NCBI GenBank assembly: GCA_052426225.1
Contig: JBNJNM010000008.1
Location: forward strand, 682,001 to 746,000
DNA length: 64,000 bases
DNA from: Zancudomyces culisetae HAW-14-8
Lineage: Eukaryota > Fungi > Kickxellomycota
Direction: 5' to 3'
In this document: piece by piece, positions 14,501 through 26,284 of the stretch
Position numbering within the stretch: position 1 is the first letter of the stretch
Layout of the letters: each line of letters begins with the position of its first letter
Position numbers and translations under genes: made by a program
The notes under the pieces: model-generated
The model's input: the letters and a program-made list of their open reading frames with translations, nothing else
Database searches by the model: none
What the model was told of the DNA's origin: nothing

Positions 14501-16905
14501 ATATTGCCATGTCTCCCTCCCAATCCAATCGTAGTCTTGCTAGTATTAACAACATTAACAACATTAATAGCTATACCTATAATGCTAGTAATTTAACTCG
14601 TAACCTTTCAACAGCAACAGCAACGGCAACAGCAACAGCAACAACAGGAAATCCAAACATGTCATTTCCAGATGCTTCTTTTTTGAAAAAACAGTTATTG
14701 GCGCAACCACACTCACCTTCACCTTCATCCTCACCCTCACCCTCACCTACCACAAATACAACCACAACCGCAACCACAAATACACCTGCACCCACCTCTA
14801 TTAATACATCAAGCGGTATCAAAAAACCAACTCCCCTATATTATATTGGAAACCCAAACAGAAACAGCCTCCAAAAGAGATCTTCGGCAATCCGACTAAG
14901 CTCACTAATGGGAAAACCACCTGCCAGTCCCAATACTCTCCATTCCCCACTAAATTCAACTTTGTCACTTAATGGTCTTCGTATTTCTGACAACTCTACA
15001 ATCACAAGTGTTCGAGTCAATGGATTACGAAAATACGAATCAAGTAGCAGTTTGAATAAACGTTTTAGTCGTCAAACTCCTGTCTCTTTCAACTTAGCCT
15101 CTCCTAATCCCTCTGATCCTTATGATCCTCTTGGTTTTTCGGCTGTTGCAACTAACTCTCTATTCAGCAATAATGCCTCTCCAAATCTTGGACTCAGAGG
15201 TATCACTACTTCCCCCAATAAATCTCGTTTACGTAGTTTTATTCACTCTGCTATCCTTGGTACTACTACTTCTCCCTCCATTTTTAACCTCCAACCTCAT
15301 CGTCTCCAACACTCCCAATCAAACATAAACACCCACCATTCTTCTCATAAACTTAACAACCCTCAATTACTTTCATATGCTTCTCCTACTTCATCTCAAC
15401 TAAACACACATTCTCTTCAACGTTCTACATCTCTTTTCAACGGCAAACCCCTCTTACAAGCCCTTAATCTTAACCCTAGCTCCAATCTCAATCTTAATCC
15501 CAATTCTAATCCCAATTATATCACCAATTCTAATTCTTCAAAACGTATATATTCCCAATCATTTTCAAACCCTACTGCTCATCCCTCTCATCTTACTACT
15601 GCTACTGCTACTAGTACTAATAACAACGTAACTCGTGACTATTCAAATAAATTAATCAACTCTAATAATCACAACCACACCTATAAAAACCATGAAGATG
15701 ATTCCACCCCCCTATTTCTACTTCCTTATGATCGAAATGATGGTTTGGAGACAATAACACCAATAACCTCCATTGCCAATAACTACCAACAAGAACAACA
15801 ACAACAAAAACAGCCTATTACCATCACTACCACAACGACGACAACAACTATGACAACAACTGCTGACACTTCTGTTGCTGATCACATTACACTTGGTGAA
15901 AACATTACCCTCAAAAAATCATACAATAAGCACGATGCCTATTTGCGACTACAGGGCTTTTCAACCGAATCTACCGATAAAAACACTCTCTTCCACCGCT
16001 CCAATAGTTTTGAACTATTAGAATCTTTTCCATACCCACCTAGTACTCATTCGGCTTCAACAGCTCCAACCCCCAATTCAAATTTCACCACCAATAATGA
16101 ATTTGCCTCCGATTCCAAATATATTTCTTTAAACGCTACCGTACTCGAAAACAGTAACAATGCAAATAACTCTACTGCTGATAATAATAACAACAATAAC
16201 AATAACAAAAATAAAAATAATAACAGTATCCGTCAAAGTGTAAATCTAACTTCAAAATTAAATTATAACTCTAATGACATTTCGTCCTGCTACGACAACA
16301 CGAATAGCGCTACTTCAAGCAGCAATGGTAGCAATAGCAGTGGTAGCGTTGATATTAACAACTCCTTTGACATTTCCGCTCAACAAAGACCTCTAAGTTA
16401 CTTGGTAACTGATTGCAACTTTAGTCTGATTTCCTCATCTTCTTCATCAGAGACTTCTGTCACAACCAGGTCACGTACCCGAACGAGCAGTATCCGATCG
16501 CTTAATCAGTTTTTGGATACCAATACCAATGCTGATAATAGTTATAATCAAGACGTTGGCCAAATCCATCGTCGCGAAAGTCTTCCCAATTCAACCATCG
16601 AGCCTAGATCTCTTCATAACGCTTCTAGTGAAAACAATTTAATGTTGTTAATGCGTGCAAGTGCTGAAATCAATGTTGACATCAATGATATTATGGGCTA
16701 CGCTATCCAAAACCAAATTTCAGTTACAAACCAAAATATGGATATGGGTATGGGTATGGATATAGACCCAGATAAAGATCCAATTACCGATATCGCAGTC
16801 ACTCGTAGTGTTGCAAATGACCTTGCTACCCGTGATAGACCTACTTCTATCGAGCTGAATTCGAAATTTGGTCTTGTTCATAGAAAATCTATCAAATCAC
16901 GTTAA
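11518..16905 (+). CDS. Kinesin-4 family motor (KIF4/KIF21/KIF27-like) with coiled coil and long low-complexity tail
   Basis: P-loop GQTSSGKT, switch I NANSSRSHA, switch II FVDLAGSE, HIPYRNSKLTRLL and ETLSTLRYANRARNIKNK. RVKEGISINSGLLALGNVISSLGD is typical of kinesin-4. Intronless, 1795 aa. Confidence 0.9.
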   Translation: MTFARVNVALRIRPLSKKETGRGDKSCVKVIPGTQQVTIGGDRSFTFDKIYSAKDTQAQVYEESVKPMIERFLEGYNATVMAYGQTSSGKTYSMGTGAEVGEKEIEKGIVPRAFQNIVEELENRKNRQKGFTYNMEVSFIELYNEEVFNLLDTQENSNKIQKIVYGKGTGKSKSKETSGTKNRVEENGIKMDKVRGSAGGLWTNIRRNRVDSEEEMINLLKLGGANRTTGATDMNANSSRSHAIYTVVVEQITQETESDSRTKTRIVSKIHFVDLAGSERIKQTNAMGSRVKEGISINSGLLALGNVISSLGDALKRQLHIPYRNSKLTRLLEDSLGGNSMTLMLACITETEKNYSETLSTLRYANRARNIKNKVVVGLSTIRDEVGSANSGINEEEGGGKGVDDNRNRNKRSNSGGNENKVATKTQKGTSNIESESLKVAMLKEQIVMYESELKRMEELFIKAVKYSQGAINGSISGNGNGNGIGIGIGSTSGSGSGSTSAILENMTEKSNYSNSICGSVSSLTPSTSDIGGTSGTSTSKLKKRRSSVASMISRVGSLSSLYHKIKGGSSHNKGDRSTITSPVAEPTIDYEESKEREREREKQVEMENSDNYNNTVSENGNTNVKKLEETNTNEEIEKPVVSEEGGEEGAGAGAGRKEVEEKKANTVTIDEESKWRDILGIISSQRREYLLKIRDLQNKNRKQTALLANLQDSLHSKVEESERNAKAAIAAAAAKTGATATATASESSVFSSGINRKAEFTKTSTGIQMKKIELVMGILENKIDNRVGASKLYSDRDELMKKQNSMIDKQNGLLLQLESAGANKQIQDQVELIDAELDYIELKIKQVENELADLILAENGNYNPTLVENGVKIMSLVDDNIDKLNKNDIYRLFMGNNTNTNTKNDHNKEQSVVHILNNREMVHLVYLISQLVLDNQLQINSLSSTNEQLKSEITTLQKTLSAMRKITANVASMYGREVESRASYITNSSTSVGYIAMSPSQSNRSLASINNINNINSYTYNASNLTRNLSTATATATATATTGNPNMSFPDASFLKKQLLAQPHSPSPSSSPSPSPTTNTTTTATTNTPAPTSINTSSGIKKPTPLYYIGNPNRNSLQKRSSAIRLSSLMGKPPASPNTLHSPLNSTLSLNGLRISDNSTITSVRVNGLRKYESSSSLNKRFSRQTPVSFNLASPNPSDPYDPLGFSAVATNSLFSNNASPNLGLRGITTSPNKSRLRSFIHSAILGTTTSPSIFNLQPHRLQHSQSNINTHHSSHKLNNPQLLSYASPTSSQLNTHSLQRSTSLFNGKPLLQALNLNPSSNLNLNPNSNPNYITNSNSSKRIYSQSFSNPTAHPSHLTTATATSTNNNVTRDYSNKLINSNNHNHTYKNHEDDSTPLFLLPYDRNDGLETITPITSIANNYQQEQQQQKQPITITTTTTTTTMTTTADTSVADHITLGENITLKKSYNKHDAYLRLQGFSTESTDKNTLFHRSNSFELLESFPYPPSTHSASTAPTPNSNFTTNNEFASDSKYISLNATVLENSNNANNSTADNNNNNNNNKNKNNNSIRQSVNLTSKLNYNSNDISSCYDNTNSATSSSNGSNSSGSVDINNSFDISAQQRPLSYLVTDCNFSLISSSSSSETSVTTRSRTRTSSIRSLNQFLDTNTNADNSYNQDVGQIHRRESLPNSTIEPRSLHNASSENNLMLLMRASAEINVDINDIMGYAIQNQISVTNQNMDMGMGMDIDPDKDPITDIAVTRSVANDLATRDRPTSIELNSKFGLVHRKSIKSR

Positions 16906-18711
16906 ATTTACCTTTTGCATCTATTTGCATCTGCATCTTTTGCATCATCTTTTTTTTTTTTTTTTTGCATTCTTGTACCTTTTAGTCATATCTCAACTAT
17001 TATTTAGCCTCACGAATACTTTTTCCTTTTATTTTTCTTTTAGCATTATTCATTTCTTTTCGATTCATAAAAATAGGCTTGTAAACTTTTTCTACTCATA
17101 AAAACTATATTTTTTATGTCTCTTTCTCTTTCTCTTTCTCTTTCCACAAAGTGTATTGCACTACCAGAAACGTTTTGCATTTTTTTGGTAACAGCTGAAC
17201 AAAAACTTTTGAGCTCATAAATATTGGAATAGGGGAATGCCTAGCAATTCAGAAATTGTACTATAAACAGTATACTCCAAAGCTATTTGATGTATAGTGT
17301 ATGGTGGATAGAGGATAGTGGGTATCCTATAGGTTTTTTATCTGCCTTTTGTGAGTTTTATTTAATAAATCGAGTTTATAAAAATAAAAAATAATAAAAA
17401 CACATCATCATTACTCAGATGTTCCCAAACACAATAATGCAAATCGGAATTTTCTTTAGTTTCTCATTGTTTAAGCAACAGCGAATATTGATGATGAATA
17501 CGGAATACTCAAACATAACATTCAATTTTTAACCGAACCATAATAAAACATTGGCGGAAAAATGTGAATCTGGATCCCCCCAAAAGTTACTATTAAAATA
17601 CCGCCAATAGTTTGATTGATATACATGTTGTTGTCTTTGGATGCATGCTTTTCGCTTTCCGCTTTTCGTTTTTGGTTTTTTGTTTTTGGTTCTAAAATAA
17701 CAATTGTTATAAAACTGGATTAAACTATCATGTTATTAAGTAAACCAGGCATACCTTCGATGTAAAAATATATTTTACACCATAATAGCTGTTGTGTTGG
17801 GTTTTGAAATATGACTATTATTACCCCATTTGCTTTATCGCAAGATACCTTTTGTAATTTAAACAGCGTAAATTTTTTGCTGGCCAAAGAGTTTATCATT
17901 TGAGTTTTGCTGCTCATTTATTGAGTAATAACTATTTTTCATAGACACGTTGGCGTTTTCTTGAGGGGGAAAAGGAAGAGGAAGATCTAGATAAAGTCAC
18001 ATTGGACCCTGTATTGAACGCTATGTTTAGTGTCTAATCTAGAAACATCTACTTTTTGTTGCAAGTGGACGTGTCTGAACTAATGATAATAGCCACAGTT
18101 TACTTTTCATTTCATAACCGTCATCACTTTTCATAGTTTGAGCATTTTTAAAATGAAATAGCGTCCAAGTAGCATTGTACAAAACACTGTGGTCTTTTAA
18201 CTCATTAAATGATAATTAAAGTGGATTTTTATTTAAGAGCCGTAGATTAAAGAAAATTATTATTAAAACAACACCAAGATTGTGAGAGTGGATGGGTAAA
18301 ATCAACACAAAAAATAAGATTATCGCCACATTAGCTCATTATTACAAATTTATTATTAATATATCAATTATGATGAGAATTTTTTACATATTCAAAAAAG
18401 CGCAATTTATAAAATCAACATATACACTCCCAGAAACGTTAGATATAATAGGCACTAATACCTGATACACGTATCTAAAAAGTAAAAAAATGCTCAATTC
18501 AAAATTAAAAGGGATTTTCTAAGCTACTTGCTTCAGATCACATTCGAGTAAGACAACTTTTACTCGATGCTCTTGAAAGCTAGGGTATTTTCACCTTTCT
18601 AAAATTAGAACACCCTTACAACACTCTGTTAAAAATGCTACAAACTCGACTGTTTAATAGCGCTCCGAGAATATTATAGAAGAAGAAGTATGAAGGGAAA
18701 GGAGGATAAGA

Positions 18712-18718
18712 TATAAAA
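18712..18718 (+). promoter_or_regulatory. Candidate TATA box of the Tyr-rich secreted peptide gene
   Basis: TATAAAA about 170 nt upstream of ATG 18882, followed by an A/C-rich leader. Confidence 0.4.
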
Positions 18719-18881
18719 TGTTCAAAAGAAAACGTTGAGAGTAAAACTTTCTTTAAATATCAAAACAAAACAATACAAAACAATATAATACAAAAGCTAT
18801 CATTCCGATTTCCATTAGCATTAGTATATATCATTATTGCATTAGCTAACCTAAAATTTATTTAAAATCAAGTATCCAAAA

Positions 18882-19298
18882 ATGGTAAAGTCAACACTCG
18901 CACTCCTCACAGCCACAGTTGCCACATTGTCAGTAAATGCTGCAGCTAACCCAAGATCAAGATTAGCTGCTGGTTCTATGCAGCCACGAGTAGAACAGGT
19001 TCACGACCTTGGGAGATTTCCTCCACCTGCTCGTCCTGCTTTTAACAGACGCTTTGCTGCACCAGCTTACCGCAAGCGCGCTGAAGAAGAAGAGGATGTT
19101 CCAGTTGATGATTCTGCATCAGCCCAAGACGGTGCTGCTCAAGCTCAAGATGGTTCCGCCCAAAACTTTGATGCCCTAACAAATGGCAGTGACGAATTAG
19201 ATATAACCAATGACCGTTTCTGGTTTGGGTATTATAAATACCCATACTATAATTATGGATACTACAAATACCCATATTATAGTGGATATTACTGGTAA
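18882..19298 (+). CDS. Small secreted prepro-protein with Tyr-rich C-terminal repeat
   Basis: A-rich ATG context (CAAAAATG), hydrophobic signal peptide, RR and RKR basic sites, an acidic spacer and the tail FWFGYYKYPYYNYGYYKYPYYSGYYW. GC is elevated over the flanks. Confidence 0.8.
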   Translation: MVKSTLALLTATVATLSVNAAANPRSRLAAGSMQPRVEQVHDLGRFPPPARPAFNRRFAAPAYRKRAEEEEDVPVDDSASAQDGAAQAQDGSAQNFDALTNGSDELDITNDRFWFGYYKYPYYNYGYYKYPYYSGYYW

Positions 19299-19808
19299 TC
19301 TGCGATTTCTGAAAGTGCTTTTTACTTTATTTAGCCTTAGTACTTATGTTTATGATCAAGTTTTAGTGTTTTTTAAGCAAATAAAATCAAATAAGTTCAT
19401 ATAACTTTGCATAACCACCTTTCTCATGTGTTAGAAATGGTCGGTATAACACAGAACCTATGGTATTAGAAAACAGAGTGACCTTGTACACGTTAGCCTT
19501 TTTTTCTACGTAATAACTACTTTGGATTTACAAAAGAAACAAACAGTATCTTTAAATCTATGTCTGGTGAGTATGAGGTTCATAGTGAGCTAATGATAAC
19601 TTGAATTGATTGATACTGTGTAGGATTTTTTTTTATTGCTTGTCATTCATTTTACAATTCAATTTTAAAAGGCAAAAATAAAAACAAATGCAAAGTGTTT
19701 TTAGAAAGTCAAAATAAACAATTCAATGCTCTTATTTTATTAGTAATTTTTATTAAACATCTTTTATTAGCAAATAAACAAAAGATTAGGAAATAAATAA
19801 GACAAGAA

Positions 19809-20212
19809 ATGTTGACGCTTGGTAATCTTCTCTATGCCATAATTCTGTTTATTAACAGCGTGGTAATCCTCAACGAACAACGGTTTCTTGCCCGTATTGG
19901 TTGGTCCCAGCAAAATGTCATGATGGACTATAACAATTCCAACAGTACCAAAAACAAGATTATTAACTTGATTAGCGCGACCCGAACCGTTCTCAAGAGT
20001 AAGTCTTTCCTTTTAGCACACAAAAGATTCTTTCTATTGTTTTGATTTATAACAAAATGTGTATCCGCGAGTGGATTTGAGTGTGTGTTAATCTTGCAAT
20101 TCCCTTTTTGCTTTTTTTTTACCTTTTGGTCTAAATATTCTCGTTGTTTGTTATAGTTCCCCTAATAGTTGTAAATACCACACTGATTCTATATTCTCTG
20201 ATTCTTGGATAA
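19809..20212 (+). CDS. YOS1: Yos1/IER3IP1 ER-Golgi transport protein; intron ~19999-20156
   Basis: LGNLLYAIILFINSVVILNEQRFLARIGW...KNKIINLISATRTVLK, spliced to IPLIVVNTTLILYSLILG*. Confidence 0.9.
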
Positions 20213-20357
20213 AGCCATCTGATGCTAAAATACCATTCTATTTCAATTCTAAATACGAAAACAGCAAAAAATAAAGGAGAAAAGAACAACAGTCTATCTT
20301 GTATAAAAAGAAAAAAAAATCAAACCGAATTCTATCATAATTAACTATACTCAGCAA

Positions 20358-23300
20358 CTAAAGCCTACTCGTTAATATAATCTCAATTTCGTTAATGATA
20401 TTTACCAACAAACTAAAATCGGTTGAGCTGGATTTCAAATATTGATCCTGCTTGACACCAGTATAATTTCTTTGTTGGGATTTGTTTAGATTATTAGCGT
20501 TAATACTTGGAGAATTTACATTAGAGTCTATAGTACCACCAGCACTATTAGTACTATTAGTAATCCCATTACCGTTATAATAAATTTCCATAATCCAACT
20601 TTTCAGTTCAGTGACCAAATTAGCTCTTAGTAAATCCACAACAGCTCCATCATGGCAAAGAAGACCTATCCCATATGCCAGTACCAACTCCAGGACACCC
20701 TTAAGCATAATATTGATAATGTGGACCAGAATGAGTACGCCAAGTTGTTGCTCCATTTGTTGCTCAATGTTGACAGTTGGGTTTATTTTCACCGAATACA
20801 CAACTGTCTTTGGGTATATTTCATGACGCTCAGTAAATAGCTTGTCAATGTTATTTAGTATAAGTAACAAGGACGCATCCTCGTTTCTAGCATTCCCTGG
20901 ATTGCTACTACCACCAACACCGCCAACACTAGCAGCAGCGGCGGCAGCACTATTGAGATTACTGATGCTGGTGGTGATGCTCTTTGTTGACCCCGTTATT
21001 GATTTCAATCTCTCGTTATACAAGAACGAACGACTTTTTTCCATCATCATAGCATTCGCTGCCATTATTGGCGACGAATAGCTTGCTTGTGACAATCCAG
21101 TCTCGGTGGTTATTGTTGGTGATCGATTGTACATCATTTTAGTGCCAACATTCATATTGGACAGCGTTCGACTAACTGGAATCATATTGTTGGGCGATTG
21201 AGTTTGTTGGCTCGAGTTTCTTAGCTGATAAAATCCAGGGCTTTTTAATGCTATTGCCCCTGAAGTTGAGACTGGTGGTGATTTAACCATTTCACTTTTA
21301 TTTCCTATCAATAACAATTCACGCTGCTGTGCTTCATGTACCCTGGTTTCATATTCGTTAATTACACTGGAGGTTCTTCCAACGAGTCCTTCTCTGTTGC
21401 TTTGCTGATGACTATTACTCTCCCCAAAGACAGTTAATACCAAGTATTCCAACACATGGAAGTAGGTTCGCAGTTTAAATAGATTTTTAGAGGTATCTGC
21501 AGCTAAGCCTAAACCTGATCCCGCGTCCAAACTCTGCAGTCGTAAGATTTCAGCTTCAATACTGTAGTAGTAGTAAAAGTTTGCCATCTCGTTACCCACC
21601 GTCTTTACAAATACCATCAGTATTTCATCCACACATTTCCTGTACAACACTGTCAAACTATCTTCATCGTACTTTAACACATCTAGCTCTGCCTTCTGTT
21701 CGTTCCTACCTTGTACATCACCTGTTTTCTTGGGATATATATTCAATGTTGCAAACAATTCCATACTATGACCACTACTACCATTGTTGCTATTGACTAT
21801 GTCTTTAGATTTTATTGATTGCTGGCATATCAGATATACATTTTTGATTATTCGCGCCTCCAATTTCATCAGAAACCTCGCAAGAATCAATAGGTTGGCT
21901 GGATTACTATAACACTGGGCGTTGGTTTTGGACATTTTTCCCGTCCCAACAACCTTATGATGATTGCTGCTCTTTACTTCTGAGGATTTATTCACACCAT
22001 TCGCTTTATCTTTCTGTTTTTCACCTATCTCTGCACTGTTAATATGCACACTATTAATATTCAATGCCTTATATATAGATTGTGGAACCCATTCCCTAAA
22101 AAACTTGTCCAGCATTCCATTCAGCATCTGAATCGCTATTTTTTGATAGTTTCCTTGCCCATTGTTCTCATAAAAGCGCATGATTATGCCCACTATGGGA
22201 ATAAACTCTAGCTGTATGTTGTGGATTAACTCCTTTTCCAACTCCCTAACCACTTGTTTCGCGTCAATCTTCTCATCCTCTTTCCCAAGAACCATGTTAT
22301 ACATTAGTCGGAGTCCCCATTCCGACCCCTCCTCCAACTCTCCATCTGCTTTTTCTTGTTTTCGTTCTTGTTTTTGGCTCCCATACGTACTATTACCAGC
22401 AGCGCTTCCTTTGGCTTTATACATCACGTTGTCAAAGTACAACATCAAAGTGTCTAGCACTTTAACCAGGCGTCTACTCATCATCGACTCGTACTGGTTC
22501 CGTACCGTTCGTCCAATTTTACCCTTTAATCCTCCATATTTCAGCAAAATAGGATACTCCTGCATCTCTGTTATAACTTCGTTAAGAACTACAAGCGACC
22601 TACTCTCTTCTCCCTCCCCTTCCTGCCACAATCTCTTTTCCAGTTTCTTTTCGTCATACAACTGTTCCAATTCCTCACAAAACGTTGAAAATCTATGCTG
22701 TGCATCAACCACCGCTTCACGAGTCATAATTTGCCATCCACTCACCATTCTTGAATCTACTTTCTCTTCCTGATCACCAGCTTCGAGCTCATGTCGTCCT
22801 CCAATCTGTTCGTCCTCGTCACCCAAGAGTCCGCTGCTTTTTGGTGGTGAAAACTGATTCAAAAATCCTTCAATCACTGTATTCCAATCCTTTAAATATG
22901 CCTTTCCTTCTCTTGGAGATTTTTTCTTCATTCGGTTATACTGATTCTCTATGTACTCCTTGTACATAGTACTGGCCCCACCTGTAGATATCTGAATCAA
23001 CAGTTTTGAACAATCCACTGCCTCCTCAACAGTACTTCCCTCGTCTCTCCACCGCCTCCACAGCTCCCGTTCTACTTGATCCACCAGTTTCTCCACTTTT
23101 ATTATCCCCTCTTTTCCAACTTTTCCATACCGAGAAAGTAGCGGTTGGGTTCGCGCCCACAACTCAGCTGCTGCTTTATAATTCCCTTCTGCCACGCTTG
23201 CATGTAGTTTTTCTGGTAAATCCATAACCATTTGCACCTCAGACACGAATTTTTGCTCTTTTTCCAAACCCAACAATTCTTCTTTCCCAGGTCTCAATTC

Positions 23301-24106
23301 GCTTTCTATGTGTTTGCTCTTCCTGCTGATTTCCTCCATCCGGGATTTAATGTATTCCATTCTTTTCCCCATATCTTGCGCACTTTTTCGCATTTTCCCC
23401 AATGTATCCGTTGCCCCAATAAACTTCCCATAGTTTTCATATACTATCGTTTTCATTTCGCTTTCCAATTTCTGAATATCTATCAAATTTATTTCCAGAA
23501 TCGGTATTTGCGTTTATTATACCATTATATGTTACTGGATATTGTACAAATACTTCTCAGTGTTATAAATGTAAATTTATTTGAAAAGAATACTATACCT
23601 TTGTTGAAGCTATTTACTTGGGATAATACCTCTGCGGTGTTCTTTTCCGCCAATACACCCGCAATATATCTTTTCCACTCAAACTTTTCACTGTCTACTT
23701 TTATCACAAATTGATTTTAGTTATGTCTATAAAATGGTAACGCTCTCTATAGCTAGAAATAATAGGTCAATTGGTACTTGCCCAAGTTTAATTTATCTGA
23801 TTCCGGATTCCTTTTCTCGACTATATTGCAGTAACAATGATTTGGTTATTTCTGGATACTTTTCGATGCACTTTCTTATACTCTACTCTTTAAAGAACAT
23901 AGAAACTACACTCTGAATTGCCGCAGCCCAGTGCTATAAAAGCCTGGCTCACCCTTACCTTGCGCTCTTTCGTTTTTACCCGTCTCATTCTTTTTTTGGC
24001 TTCCATGAGTTTCGGAATAAAAATCCTTTAACATTGTCCTAGCAGCCCTCTTAGACAACATTGTTTGTGCATCTCCACCGAACTTCGGTGTACCACTCTC
24101 GCTCAT
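20358..24106 (-). CDS. VPS51: GARP/EARP complex subunit Vps51 (3 exons)
   Basis: RAARTMLKDFY (exon 1), DSEKFEWKRYI (exon 2) and DIQKLESEMKTIVYENYGKFIGATDTLGKM (exon 3) match the Vps51 N-terminal signature. Confidence 0.85.
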
Positions 24107-24566
24107 TTTCTCTTTGCCTTGATAATCTTACACTTCGTTTTTTTTTGTTCCTGCTTTTAGTTTTTGCAATTGTGTTGAGTTTTTGAATTCTTTTCTGCTT
24201 TCGATCAATTCGAGATTACTTCTTTGTACTTTTGGATATTTGTATAATGTATTTCTGTTTCGTAGGTTTTATTACTCTTTTTTAGTTGGCAAAGCTTGGT
24301 AGCACTACTTTTTGCCGATTTTGTGGTTGAGATGCCAACCTGCTATTTACACTTGTTTTGCTAGCCAATTAGCGAATTTAGCGAAAACTATTCTGGGTTT
24401 TCACCAATACACTTATGGAACAATTTTTTATTGATATTTTACAGATATGCTGAAACTATAAAAAGAAAAAAGCACTATAGTTACCAATATGTTGGCGTAG
24501 GTTTGTGAAAAGCTGCAGTATAAAGGTAAAGCTACGTGTAAACGAATGCTTCCAAAGCAGATCTAA

Positions 24567-26284
24567 TTACACGTCTTTGTCCACCACAGTTATTTTTTTG
24601 ATGTTTGCGTAGTACACAGGCGCAAAAGCATCATCTGAGTGTGTGATTACCTCCCAGTCATCTCTATTTAGTTATTTATACAAGTTCATGGTTCAGTTAT
24701 TGAGTTTTAGTGGGCATGTGATGACTCTTTCCTTCTGAATCAAAACATAAATATACAGGAATGATTAAGCAATCCATATACGAATAGCACCAGACAACAT
24801 AGCTCCATACTCGGACAACCTGCTATTTTATAGAGTAGAACTACATGTATAAACAGGACCCGCTCTCTTACATTATCAATTTCTTCTTGTATAATGGACA
24901 ATCCAGTGTGAAAGATTCGAACTCACCCCCCTCCCCACATATATGGGCGCCATACTTTTTGTTCTATTTTTTTTTAGGTACAAAGTTCAAGCATGTAACA
25001 CAGATGAAAGACGAACACCCGACATAAAATTCGTTAAAAATCGTAACTACATAACATTTAAATTACCAGTTCAACCAGCTTTGGTCGCATTTCTGAAAGC
25101 GTTTTGCATAAATCATTTTTACCCAGCCCTATTTGGTCCAAAAAAAAAGTTTAAAGTACGAGAAGTTGTACAATAACTGCGGTGTATTAAGGTACCTGGC
25201 TTCCAGAGGTACTCAATTCAGATACCACAAACAATAAATAATAAAAAAAGATATAGAGGAGTATGACATACCTATCGATGCGACTTTTATGAGTACTGCA
25301 CACATTCTGCTATCAATCATTTCATCCAACAACTCCAGCTGATCTCTGTTCCATAGATATGCTAGCATCTGCAGTCCTAAACGGTCGCATCTAAAAAACC
25401 GATATTTACAAATTTATCACTCATTTTTTTGGTTATCTATGCTCCAAGAGTCCACTTTTCTTGTGAAGTTGAGTACAATAATATCAAAACTAGAGCTTTA
25501 ATCGCTATTCAGTCCCATTAACCTCTGTTTTGGTGATAAAAAATATCATAGAAACCCCAGTCAAAGGTCAAAAACTAACAGAAAAAACTCTTTTAAATAA
25601 AACAAATATAATAATTAATAAAAACTTTCATGTTTCTTACATATTTTGAACTCTGTTTGCTTGATATGTGGAAAGAATTGCTCCAACTGAAACACCACCG
25701 ATATCAGGATGTTCTTTAAGCACATTCTTCAATAGCTCGTAGACACTTTCCGCCTCATCGTTAATCGTCTCTGTATACTCGAGTTCCTGGTTTATTGGCT
25801 TGCCTTTGATTTCGACTTGGTAGAGAGGGAGTTCCATACATTCAGCAATGTATCTTACCATACTTTGACCAACCGTCTGATACATAAAACTATCTGTCTC
25901 ACCTATTAAACAGAATTATTTTATCATTATCTTTAGTGTTCAATTGTATTTTATTTTATATGAAAAGTACGATTTCTGAGAAATACCTTCTTTATCTGGC
26001 TTTGCATTAGCAAGTGCAACGATTGTATGCCCATTTTCCACGCATTTTAGCATGTTAAACACACTGTCCTTTCCACCACTATTTCGTGCATTTGCTTATC
26101 TGGTTAGTTTTTGAATTCGGGTATAAGGTTGTATGGCCTTTATTGAGTTAAAGCTACTCGAAGCACAGCCTATTTGAACTTTGGAAACTCTGAGAATTGC
26201 AGTCGTGTGTAGCTTGCGTGGTGAGTTTGTTTCGTATTTTAAATAAAAATTTGTTTCATACCTTACCAGGGCTACTACCTTCAT
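24567..26284 (-). CDS. DPH6: Diphthine-ammonia ligase, short form (~250 aa, 7 exons)
   Basis: Spliced MKVVALVS|[66 protein letters not shown] and [11 protein letters not shown]...VDKDV*. Confidence 0.9.

Noticed and set aside
18370-18465. ATGATGA...CTGA box C/D-like pair
   Set aside because: No recognisable rRNA antisense guide and only a weak terminal stem; such motifs arise by chance in AT-rich DNA.
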